Of a DNA stretch of 64,000 bases, positions 32,059 through 41,533 are shown piece by piece. The DNA lies in contig OZ244869.1 in assembly GCA_965221155.1 (NCBI GenBank), forward strand, positions 5,087,627-5,151,626, read 5' to 3'. The stretch comes from an uncultured Candidatus Binatia bacterium. GTDB lineage: Bacteria > Desulfobacterota > Binatia > UBA9968 > JAJDTQ01. Position 1 is the stretch's first letter. Every line of letters starts with the position of its first letter. The notes under the pieces were generated by a model, which did not search any database, had not been told where the DNA came from, and saw only the letters and a list, made by a program, of their open reading frames with translations. A program made the translations under genes and the position numbers.

Positions 32059-32172
32059 TCGCCTCGGGTCTGACACCGACCCCTCCGCACGAAGGCCACA
32101 GAAAGAACAGATCGTCTTTCTTGACCGCATCCAACTCGGTCAGCCGGGCGCGCTCAGACGGATTGGATTGAC

Positions 32173-33965
32173 ATGGCACGCCTAGATGACCTCCTTCCCA
32201 ACACGTCAGTAAGTGGCGTCCTGCCCGATGGCCTTGTCACGGTCGTCAATGTCCAATGGTACGGCTCCGAGGCACCAGAGCTCACGTACAAGGACGCGAA
32301 AGGCAAGGTCGCCAACGAACTCCTCCACCGTCACGATGAGCCTCGGTTGGAGGTGGTCGAAGAGGGCCGGCCGTGGAGCCTAGACGGCGATGGACGGCTG
32401 TTTCGGCTCGTGTCCGAAGCCCACCGTATACGGCTCGCTCACCTGTTCGATCCAGTCCTGGCTGTACATACTAGGCGCTAGGTGGCCAAGTATTCGACGT
32501 TCTGGGGCAGGTCGTGTTCGACGGCAAGCCCCTGCGCGAACTGCTGGCGCCGCAGTCGATGGATGCGAGCAGGGTCCACCGTATCCGGGAGGATATGGAA
32601 CGCGCGGAAGCCAGACGCCTTCAACCTCACTATATCGAATCGTTCTTCCTTGAGGCTTTCAAGGACCTCGGGGGAACGGCCCGCCAACGCGAACACCGTC
32701 GCTATGAAGCTGCGCGGGTTCCCGCTTCGATACGGAACAGGGATCGCCTGATCGGCCTGGGGGAACCCGTACTCCCGCGATACGAGCGCATCGTATTCGC
32801 GAAGAACCTTATCGCTCCGCAGGGACAGCCCCTGGCGGCGTTCGTGTGTCCGGGACATCCTCTTCTTGATGCGACGCTTGATCTCACGCTGGAGCGGCAC
32901 CGCGACCTCATGCGTCGCGGTGCAATTTTGGTCGACGAGCGGAATCCGGGCGAAAGCCCAAGGATGCTCTTTTATCTTGAACATGCAGTCCAGGATGGTA
33001 GTCAAACCCGTTCAGGAGACCGTCGCATCGTCTCGAAGCGGATGCTCTATGTGGAGATGGATGCGGACGGCAATGGCCGACACCTGCACTATGCCCCTTA
33101 TCTCGACTACCGCCCCCTCAAGCAGGAAGAACCGACAGCGGCCGAGATCCTTCAGCGACCGGAATGTGCGTGGCTGGATCGCGACCTGGAAAGCAAAGCG
33201 CAAGGCCACGCAATCGCTCATGTGGTTCCGGACCATGTCCGCGAGGTCTCGGGACCTCGACTGGAACTGATTGCAAAGACAGAAGCCGCTGTGAAGGAAC
33301 GACTCACCAAGGAAATCACCTACTGGGATCACCGCGCGGAGGAACTCAAGCTCCAAGAGCAGGCCGGAAAGACAAATGCACGCCTCAATTCCAACGAGGC
33401 GCGACGTCGCGCGGACAATATTCAGGCCCGCCTCGAGAAAAGGATGTCGGAGCTTCAGCTCGAAGCGAAGCTCTCGCCTCTCCCGCCTATCGTCCTAGGA
33501 GGGATGCTCGTCGTCCCGCTCGGCCTCCTGGCGAAGATTGCCCCTGATCAGATCGCGAAGCCGAGCGTTTCCCCAGATACCCAAGCTGCGGCCAAGCGAG
33601 CACGCGAAATCATCATGGACGTCGAATGCAGGCTTGGCTTCGAGCCGATTGATCGGGAGTTCGAAAAACTCGGTTACGACATCGAGAGCAGCGTGCCGGG
33701 TACGGGACGCCTCCGCTTCATTGAGGTCAAGGGTCGCGCGGCGAACGCTGCGACCATCACCGTTACCAAGAACGAGATTCTTTACTCCCTGAACAAGCCT
33801 GACGATTTCATTCTCGCCATCGTCGAGTTCAATGGCGACCTCCAAGACGGCGACCATCAGGTCCACTACGTCCGGAACCCATTCCAGCGCGAGCCGGATT
33901 TCGGCGTAACCAGCGTGAACTACGACTTTGCCGAGTTGCTCGCGCGGGCGGAGGCTCCCCGATGA
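32173..33965 (+). pseudogene. SNF2-type helicase with C-terminal DUF3883, helicase core deleted
   Basis: N-terminal 102 aa (..RIRLAHLFDPVLAVHT) joined at about 32473 to the C-terminal part (ARRLQPHYIESFF...GYDIES..RFIEVKGR); no Walker/DExH motifs remain. Confidence 0.8.
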
Positions 33966-34572
33966 GTGAGCAGCCTGCGTTCTACGAGACTGTTCGGCAA
34001 AAGGCCGCGCGGCGGTGGGATCAGCTAGAGCAGGATCCGGAACTAGCCGGTCCCTGGCACCAGCTGTTCAAACAGGTACAAAGCCCGCGGCACATACTCT
34101 CCGAACTTCTACAGAACGCGGATGACGCTGGCGCCACGGAAGCATTCGTGCGCATCGAGAACCAGACATTCATATTCGAACACAACGGCGAGGACTTCTC
34201 GGAGGAACACTTCGCGTCGCTCTGCCGCTTTGGCTACTCGAACAAGAGAACCTTGCACACCATCGGCTTCCGGGGAATCGGCTTCAAGAGCACCTTCAGT
34301 CTCGGTGATTGCGTCAAATTATTTACTCCTTCCCTCTCTGTTTGTTTCTATCGCCGTCGTTTTACCGAGCCTCACTGGCTCTCGGAAAGGGGGGATACCC
34401 TCGGTAGGACCCGTGTCGTTGTCGAGATAAGCGATCGGCACCGACATGGGGAGGTCGAGAAGAACCTGGACGAGTGGCTTAAGAGCCCCGTTTCATTGCT
34501 GTTTTTCAACAGCATTCGCCGGATGCAGATCGGTGATCGGGAGATGCATTGGGGTAGCCTGGGCCCGGGCCC
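33962..34572 (+). pseudogene. Sacsin-like GHKL/HATPase N-terminal fragment
   Basis: ELLQNADDAGAT, HNG..F, IGFRGIGFKSTF; similarity breaks at about 34572. Confidence 0.8.
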
Positions 34573-35261
34573 TAGACGGCGCCGTAATAGACCTGACAAC
34601 CGGTTGGGAGACACTCCTCGAAGCCCTCATCTCCAGTGGCTTTCAGATCACGGGAACTTGGCCTGTCCGTGCTTCGCAAAGATGGCGAATGGTTTCGATG
34701 GGGACGAATGCCCTGGCCTCCTACATCGTGCTCGCCTGCCGTTCTCGGCCAGAAGATGCCCCCCAGATTGCTAGCAATCAGTTCCGGAACGAGTTGAAAC
34801 GAACGCTGCCGGCCGCGCTCCGTCATCTTCAGCAAGGCAACATCGCGCCGGTTGACTTTGCACAAGCGGCCATCGGCCCAGGCATGGCGGTCTACTCCAA
34901 GTACAGCCGGATCTTGGACTCGGCTGGACAGGCCATGACGGTGCGGACCGCTCTCGGGATCGTCAATCAGGCACTGACCGAGGTGCTCAGCGAGCTTGAG
35001 GACGATTTCGACAACGAGACCCGCTGGGCGATTTCCTGGTTCGAACAGAACGGGTTCAGCGAAGATGATTACGGCGATGCCGAGCTTCTGAGCAAGGCGA
35101 AAGTTACTTCGGTGGAAGGCCTACACCAAGCAGGAATCGTAAAGCGAGGCGGTGGCAAAGTGCGGCTGCTCGCCCCGCCCGAACTCCCTTCCGATTGGGA
35201 CCCCGCAAGCGACAATCGGCTGACCGTCTGGGAGATGACGCACCATCTCCTACGACTCTAA
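34573..35261 (+). pseudogene. DUF1156 adenine methyltransferase, C-terminal fragment
   Basis: TGWETLLEA..SGFQITGTWP, TNALAS.IVL.CR, NIAPVDFAQAAIGPGMAVYS. Confidence 0.8.
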
Positions 35262-36350
35262 TTTCGGCGGCGGCAAGACCCACTCCATGCTGGCGCTCTA
35301 CCACCTGTTTTCAGGCACCGCGCCGAGCGACTTGCTCGGCATTGAGGCCGTCATAGAAGAGGCGGAGATCGCCGAGCTCCCGCGCGTGAAACGTGTTGTT
35401 CTTGTGGGCAACAAGATCTCGCCCGGCAATCCGGTGAAGAAAGACGACGGCACATACGTTCATACCCTTTGGGGCGAGCTGGCCTGGCAATTGGGGGGCC
35501 GCGAAGCTTATGAACGAGTCCGAGCGGATGACGAAAAGGCGACCAGCCCTGGCGATGTCCTGCGCGAGCTGTTTAACGACTACGGTCCCGTTCTGGTTCT
35601 GATCGACGAATGGGTCGCTTATGCCAGGCAGTTGCATGATCAGGGCGATTTACCAGCAGGCAGCTTCGAGACGCATTTCACCTTCGCCCAGGCGCTGACC
35701 GAGTCCGCGAAACTGGCCAAGCATTGCTTTCTCGTTGTTAGCCTACCAGCGTCCGACACCGTGGGATCGCCGCATACGCAGGCGGATGACGTCGAGGTTG
35801 GCGGTCGACGGGGGCGCGAGGCTCTGGACCGCCTTCGCAACGCGATCGGCCGCGTGGAATCTTCATGGCGTCCTGCCAGCGCCGAGGAGGGCTTTGAGAT
35901 CGTCCGCCGTCGTCTCTTCGAGCCTTTGATCGAACAGTCCCCGTCGGCTTGCTCGTAAAGCCGGAACCGGCACTCAAGCAACAGGAGGTGGAGACACCCC
36001 AAACGACCCCAGGAGGCGCGCCAACCGGCACACCTCCTACCGGGACTCCGGGAGAAACCCCGCCGATTCCCGGGTCGGACAACCAGCCGGGCGAGGGTCA
36101 ACCTGCTACCGCGCTGCCGAAGCGCTTTCATGGGTCGGTTTTGCTGGACGCGACGCGCGTCGGACGAGACGCAAGCCGCATTGCCGATGAAGTCATCTCT
36201 TACCTATCCGGCCTGATGGGCGCCACAGTGCGAGTGACGCTGGAAATCGAGGCGGAGATCCCCAACGGAGCCCCTGACAATGTGGTCCGTACGGTCACCG
36301 AGAATGGCCGAACGCTGAAGTTCAGCAGCCAAGGATTCGAGAAGGATTGA
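35261..36350 (+). pseudogene. DUF499 AAA+ ATPase, two fragments
   Basis: Starts inside Walker A (NFGGGKTHSML), TLWGELAWQLGG, LIDEWVAYARQL, FEIVRRRLF; joined at about 35938 to the C-terminal RFHGSV.LD..RVGRDA...VRTVTEN..TLKF. Confidence 0.8.
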
Positions 36351-36372
36351 TGACTGCGCAGGATGTGCTGCC

Positions 36373-36561
36373 CTAGTGTGGTGTCTCACAAATACGCTTA
36401 TGAATCTGCGAGGGCATTTTGGTTGTCGGCAAGGCGTCCTTCGACTCCGCTTCGCTACGCTCAGGACGAGCAGTGGCGTGTACCACGCGAGGAAGAGCAA
36501 CGCAGCCGACGGCCAAAAGGACCCGCAGATTCATAAGCGTATTTGTGAGACACCACACTAG
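36373..36561. mobile_element. MITE-like element, copy 1 (189 bp)
   Basis: Perfect 38-bp terminal inverted repeat CTAGTGTGGTGTCTCACAAATACGCTTATGAATCTGCG, CTAG at both ends. Confidence 0.85.
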
Positions 36562-36766
36562 GGAACATCAAGAGCACGACTTAGAGAGACCAGAGCCTCT
36601 GTGTCTTATACTGACCTGTGAACGGCGGCGGGAGTATGTACCGGCTCATGAGTGACACCGTAGGTGCGGTTGTAGCGCGGACTCGGCGCCCTCGCCGGGA
36701 AGACGATCATCGTCACGTTCGAGCGAAGACCTGTCCGCGTCGACGGTGCGTTTGGGGAGGCCGACA

Positions 36767-36795
36767 TTGACGTTGGTAGGCCACTGGCCTACAAT
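36767..36795 (+). promoter_or_regulatory. Sigma70 promoter with overlapping operator for the brnT-HTH operon
   Basis: TTGACG-N17-TACAAT; perfect palindrome GTAGGCCA-C-TGGCCTAC spanning the spacer and -10. Confidence 0.75.
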
Positions 36796-36803
36796 AAGGA
36801 CCC

Positions 36804-37083
36804 ATGGACTTCGAGTGGAGCGATGGCAAGAGCGATGACTGTTTCGCCCATCGCGGCTTCGATTTCGCCTATGCAGTGCGTGCGTTCCTCGATCCGAACC
36901 GGATCGTCAGGAGGGACCGACGCTGGGATTACGGCGAGGACCGATACCGGCTGCTCGCCTCGATAGAGCGCCGCGTGTTCGTTCTGATCTACGATGCGCG
37001 GTTCAGCCATCCGCATCATCTCGGCCCGCAAGGCCAACGGGAAGGAGGTTCGGGAATATGAGCACAAAGCGCGTCAGGATTGA
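36804..37083 (+). pseudogene. BrnT (DUF497) toxin, frameshifted
   Basis: MDFEWSDGK..HRGFDF..DYGEDRY; the conserved IRIISARKAN tail is out of frame after about 36990. Confidence 0.8.
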
Positions 37084-37393
37084 TCCGGACGATCTGCACA
37101 GCCTGCCCGAGGGGAGGTTCGATCATGCGGTGCTGGACGGTGCCACCGAGGCGGATCTGGCCTCGCAGCAGCGAGAGGACGACGCCGAGGCGATGCGCGA
37201 CATGGCCCGGTTCGCACGCCGCGTTCGCCGGCGCCTGGGGCTTACGCAGGTGGAGTTCGCGCGACGCATCGACGTGTCGCACGAGACGGTCCGCAACTGG
37301 GAACAGGGCAAGCGCGGCCCCACCGGCGCCGCCAGAACCCTGCTACGGGTTCTCGACAAGGCGCCCGAGACGGCGTTGCGGGTGCTGAGCTGA
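37058..37393 (+). CDS. XRE/HTH antitoxin
   Basis: RRRLGLTQVEFA..V...TVRNWEQGKRGPTGAARTLL. Confidence 0.9.
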   Translation: MSTKRVRIDPDDLHSLPEGRFDHAVLDGATEADLASQQREDDAEAMRDMARFARRVRRRLGLTQVEFARRIDVSHETVRNWEQGKRGPTGAARTLLRVLDKAPETALRVLS

Positions 37394-37399
37394 GAGGCG

Positions 37400-37421
37400 G
37401 CATGTAGTCCCGCGGAATCAC
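37400..37421 (-). pseudogene. First codons of a deleted AbiEii-type toxin
   Basis: GTG ATT CCG CGG GAC TAC (MIPRDY) overlapping the AbiEi stop, then running into the convergent HTH gene. Confidence 0.5.
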
Positions 37422-38218
37422 GCTTCCGTCTCGACATCCGCGTTGACGTATAGCCGCCAGTCTTTCGACCGTGGTGCACCGTCGGCATTCGCAGCCGGCA
37501 GCAGTTTCGTAAAGTTTCGCGTGGTCTTTCGCACGTGATCCTTGAGCAGAACGGCCTTGTCTCCGGCACCGACATGTTCGAGGAGGTAGCCCAGACGCTG
37601 AGCCCAAAGGATCGAAGCGGTCTTCGAAGCGTCGACGAGGCGCTCTGGGTCCATGTCCTCACCGAGTTCGGACAGAACCCCTGCCACCCGATCGACTCCG
37701 CCGGCGCGGTGCATGTATCCGACCAGATCGACTGCCGTCGCCTCCACGGTCGAGACCAGAACTGTTCCGCGCGGATTGTTGAAGCTCTGCACGGGCACGA
37801 CATCCATGTTCCGGCGCGCGACGAAGGCCACCTTGACGGAACCGCACGTGATTGCCGGCCTGTTCTTCTCGAGGATGACCTGGAATTCCTGGGGACGATG
37901 ATGGGCCGCGCCGTGGTACTGTGCGGCCGACAGGAGCCCTACATAGTACTGGACCCTCCGGCGCTCCATGAGGGCCGGGATGAACTGATCCGCCGGCAGG
38001 CAGCCGACCCGCCTGTACTCGGGCGGCACGATGACATAGAATCCGCGCCCGGGGCTTGCGATCTCGCCCCTCGCCGCCAGACGGCTCAACGCCTGCCTTG
38101 CCGCCTCGTCAGAGACGCCTAGCGCCGGCCGGAGCTCGGCTGAGGTAAAGTAATACTGGCCGCGAGCCGCCAGATCCGCGATGACGTCGCGAGCACGCGG
38201 TGCGGCATATGCATACAT
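37418..38218 (-). CDS. Type IV TA antitoxin, AbiEi family
   Basis: wHTH N-terminus, RGFYVIVPPEY, YYVGLLSAA.YHGA.H..PQ.FQV, QRLGYLLE, W.LYVN. Confidence 0.88.
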   Translation of the reverse strand: MYAYAAPRARDVIADLAARGQYYFTSAELRPALGVSDEAARQALSRLAARGEIASPGRGFYVIVPPEYRRVGCLPADQFIPALMERRRVQYYVGLLSAAQYHGAAHHRPQEFQVILEKNRPAITCGSVKVAFVARRNMDVVPVQSFNNPRGTVLVSTVEATAVDLVGYMHRAGGVDRVAGVLSELGEDMDPERLVDASKTASILWAQRLGYLLEHVGAGDKAVLLKDHVRKTTRNFTKLLPAANADGAPRSKDWRLYVNADVETEA

Positions 38219-38371
38219 GGCACCCGCAAAGTAACACTTTTCATCATGTTATGATAGCGCAATCGTATCCGGTTTACCGCATTGCGCCCCTAGCGCCGAC
38301 CAGCGTCAGTTGCGCCCGTCCTTGATTCGTCTGAAGACCTCCTATATTTTCCGACGAAGGAGAAGCGTATC

Positions 38372-39718
38372 ATGTCCACGACGGAAGCCATTCGAAGCCG
38401 CATACGCTTCCGCGATCTGGTCGATGACCGGGTCGGCGAGGGAGTCTTCAGGGTCGATCGGTCCATCTATACCGACAAGGCCGTCTTCGAGGCCGAGATC
38501 GAGCGCATCTTCGAGGGCGGATGGGTTTTCCTCTGCCACGAAAGCCAGGTAGCGAAGCCGGGCGACTATTTCGCGACTGAAATCGGACGCCAGCCGGTTT
38601 TCGTCATGCGCCAGCAGGATGGATCGCTTGGCTGCTTCATCAATGCCTGTTCCCATCGGGGCGCCGTGCTGACCCCGCTCAAGCAGGGGACCGCGAATGT
38701 GCTCACCTGCCGTTTCCACGGCTGGGTGTACGACCGCGGCGGACGCTGCATCAGCATCAAGAACGAGGAGGCGGGGTACCCCGCTACGGAACGCTCGCGC
38801 GAAGGTTTCAACCTCCGTCGGATCGGCGCCCTCGACTCCTATAAGGGGTTCGTGTTCGGGAGCCTGAGAAGCGATGTGCCCACGCTCCAGGACCATCTGG
38901 GAGCCGCGGCGCGCTGGATCGACCTCCTGGCCGATCAGGCGCAAAATAGGCTGGAAGTCGTGCCTGGCTGCTCCACCTACGTAGTGCACGGCAACTGGAA
39001 GCTCCAGGCCGAAAACAGCGTCGACGGCTACCACGTGACCACGCTCCACCGCGTGTTCGCCTCCACCACGGCCCAGCGCGAAGCCCGTGACGCCACGGCC
39101 GGCATGGGCCGGACCGAGTCCGGGCGCATCAGGGGCAAGGTGCCGAGCGGCACCTACGACCTCGGCAACGGGCACATGGGGCTATGGGCGCTCCACACCA
39201 CGCCGCACGTCCGCCCGATCTACGAGGCGCGGGCGTGGCTCGAAGAGAATCTCAAGCCGGCCGAGGTCGACTGGATCCTCAACCGCGGCCGCAACCTCTG
39301 CCTGTTTCCCAACGCGATGCTGATGGACAATCCGTCGACGCAGATCCGGTTGGTGAAGCCGGTCTCGGCCGGATTGACCGAGGTCTCGGTCTACTGCATC
39401 GCCCCGAAGGGAGAAAGCCGGACGGCGCGGGCCGCGCGCCTCAGGAAGTTCGAGGACTTCTACCTTACGGCCGGAATGGCGACGTCGGACGATGCCGCCG
39501 CGCTCGAAGCCGTCCAGGACGGCTCTCTTGGACCGCCAAGCCAGTGGAACGACATGACCCGCGGCCTGTCCGTCATGGTCGCCGGCCCCGACCGGGACGC
39601 CCGTGACCTGGGCTTCGAGCCGGCGGCGTCCTGCCCCGACTGGGAGCACGAAGGAATGTTTCACGGCTTCTACCGCGCCTGGCTGGATCGTCTTGAGAAA
39701 GATACGGGCGCCGCATGA
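38372..39718 (+). CDS. Rieske aromatic ring-hydroxylating dioxygenase alpha subunit (benzoate/anthranilate type)
   Basis: CSHRG-x-CRFHGW Rieske motif; GNWKLQAENSVDGYHVTTLH mononuclear Fe site; GMATSDD. Confidence 0.93.
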   Translation: MSTTEAIRSRIRFRDLVDDRVGEGVFRVDRSIYTDKAVFEAEIERIFEGGWVFLCHESQVAKPGDYFATEIGRQPVFVMRQQDGSLGCFINACSHRGAVLTPLKQGTANVLTCRFHGWVYDRGGRCISIKNEEAGYPATERSREGFNLRRIGALDSYKGFVFGSLRSDVPTLQDHLGAAARWIDLLADQAQNRLEVVPGCSTYVVHGNWKLQAENSVDGYHVTTLHRVFASTTAQREARDATAGMGRTESGRIRGKVPSGTYDLGNGHMGLWALHTTPHVRPIYEARAWLEENLKPAEVDWILNRGRNLCLFPNAMLMDNPSTQIRLVKPVSAGLTEVSVYCIAPKGESRTARAARLRKFEDFYLTAGMATSDDAAALEAVQDGSLGPPSQWNDMTRGLSVMVAGPDRDARDLGFEPAASCPDWEHEGMFHGFYRAWLDRLEKDTGAA

Positions 39719-40221
39719 ACACGAACGGCATCGACGCCGCGCTGGAGCGTGAGGCCACGGCCCTCATCAACCGCGAGGCGATGCTGCTGGACCGGCGCCG
39801 GTGGAAGGAGTGGCTCGAGCTCTATGCCGAAGACGCCGTGTACTGGGTGCCGGCCTGGGCAAGCGAGGAGGAGACCACCACCGATCCCGAGACCCAGCTC
39901 AACCTGATCTATCTCAAGAACCGCGGCCGGCTCGAAGACCGGGTGTTCCGGATCGAGTCACGCCAATCCTGGGCTTCGCTTCCTCTCGACCGCACGGTGC
40001 ACGTGATCGGCAACGTGCTGGTGGAGAGCGCGGAGGGAGACGTGATCGAGGCCACCGCCAACTGCATCGTGCACGTCTACGGCAAGAGAGGGGCGGCGAC
40101 CCGCGGCAGCCGCTACGACTTCGCGTTCAGGCGTATCGGCGGCGCGCTGAAGATCGCCCGAAAGAAGATCACCTTCATCGACGACCGGCTCGACGGGCCG
40201 ATCGACGTCTATCACTTGTAG
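39715..40221 (+). CDS. Ring-hydroxylating dioxygenase beta subunit
   Basis: REA.LLD..W.EWL..Y...YWVPAW, LEDRVFRI, RT.H. Confidence 0.92.
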   Translation: MNTNGIDAALEREATALINREAMLLDRRRWKEWLELYAEDAVYWVPAWASEEETTTDPETQLNLIYLKNRGRLEDRVFRIESRQSWASLPLDRTVHVIGNVLVESAEGDVIEATANCIVHVYGKRGAATRGSRYDFAFRRIGGALKIARKKITFIDDRLDGPIDVYHL

Positions 40222-40227
40222 AGAACC

Positions 40228-41265
40228 TTGCTGAGCCTTCAGAAGATTGCCCCCGGGGTCGGGGGAATCGCGCTTCGCGAGATCGAGCCGCGCGAACCCG
40301 GGCCCGGCGAGATACTGATCCGGGTCGGCGCGGCGGGGATCTGCGGCACCGACCTGCAGATCTACAACTGGGCGCCGCGCATGGCGCGCCGGATGGTGCT
40401 GCCGCGGGTCCTCGGGCATGAGGTCTCGGGCACCATCGAAGCCGCCGGCCCCGGGGTTGAAGGCCTTGCGGCCGGCGATCGGGTAAGCCTCGAAAGTCAC
40501 ATCTTTTGCGGCGGCTGCCGGTCCTGCCGGCTGGGACGCGCCCATCTTTGCGAGAACACCCGCTACCCGGGCATCGACATCGACGGCGCGTTTGCCGAGT
40601 ACCTGACGGTGCCCGCGTCCATCGCATGGGTGAACCCGGCCGGCCTCGCGCACGAGACGGCGGCGATGCTTGAGCCGTTCGGCATCGCCGTCCATGCCTG
40701 CCTCGCGGGCGCCGGCGTTGCCGGGCTGTCGGTGCTGGTGAACGGTTGCGGGCCCATCGGACTGATGACGGTGGCGGCCGCACGTGCTCTGGGCGCCGTC
40801 AAGGTCATCGCCTGCGACATCAACCCGGTACGTCTCCGGGCGGCCGAAACCATGGGCGCCGACCGCGCGGTGGATGCCGGCAGCGAGGATTTGGCGCGCG
40901 TGGTGGGCGATATGACCGGCGGGGCGGGCGCCGATGTCGGCGTGGAATTTTCGGGCACCGAAGCCGGATTCAACGCGGTCTTTGCCGCACTCGCCAAGGG
41001 CGGCGACTTCCGGCTGGTGGGCGCGCCGCCGTCGGCGATCCCTGTCGACTTCACCTACTGGCTGCTCAAATGCCCGGCCATGCACAACATCCACGGGCGC
41101 CTGATCTGGCAGACCTGGCAGCGCGCCACCGAACTCCTGGCGGCGGGCGCCGTCGATCTCGCCCCGATCCGCAGCCACGTCCTGCCGCTCTCCGAAGCGC
41201 CCCGCGGATTCGCGCTCATCCGGGACGGCGCGGCTCTCAAGCCCGTCCTCGTGCCGGATCCGTAG
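40228..41265 (+). CDS. Zn-dependent medium-chain dehydrogenase (threonine-dehydrogenase-like)
   Basis: GICGTD, GHE, ESHIFCGGCRSC..H.C, GCGPIG. Confidence 0.9.
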   Translation: MLSLQKIAPGVGGIALREIEPREPGPGEILIRVGAAGICGTDLQIYNWAPRMARRMVLPRVLGHEVSGTIEAAGPGVEGLAAGDRVSLESHIFCGGCRSCRLGRAHLCENTRYPGIDIDGAFAEYLTVPASIAWVNPAGLAHETAAMLEPFGIAVHACLAGAGVAGLSVLVNGCGPIGLMTVAAARALGAVKVIACDINPVRLRAAETMGADRAVDAGSEDLARVVGDMTGGAGADVGVEFSGTEAGFNAVFAALAKGGDFRLVGAPPSAIPVDFTYWLLKCPAMHNIHGRLIWQTWQRATELLAAGAVDLAPIRSHVLPLSEAPRGFALIRDGAALKPVLVPDP

Positions 41266-41329
41266 AAAGCGAACACGCGGCGCATCGGCGGTCGAAGCCA
41301 TGCCCGGAGTGTCGCCAATCGGCAGGGGC

Positions 41330-41418
41330 CGGCTGCGTTGCTCTTCCTCGCGTGGTCCCGCCACACGGGCGGGTTTGAAACCCGCCCCTACATGTCATCG
41401 CGCCTTGCCGGCAACGAA
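41330..41418 (-). repeat. REP-containing chassis repeat
   Basis: Reverse complement GGCAAGGCG-[REP]-CCACGCGAGGAAGAGCAACGCAGCCG, matching the MITE interior arms. Confidence 0.8.
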
Positions 41419-41533
41419 AAGCCCCGTTGGTACCCATATGTATGTACAGCCCACCAGGTTGTCCGCCGATCGATTTTGAGCCACAGTCAACTGTGTCGGG
41501 GGAGCCCCCAAATGGGCAATCCCGGATTGGATC

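Noticed and set aside
33962-34774. Intact 270-aa GHKL protein
   Set aside because: The last ~65 residues are an off-frame read of the fused DUF1156 fragment
36373-36561. 61-aa ORFs on both strands
   Set aside because: Mirror artefacts of the terminal inverted repeats
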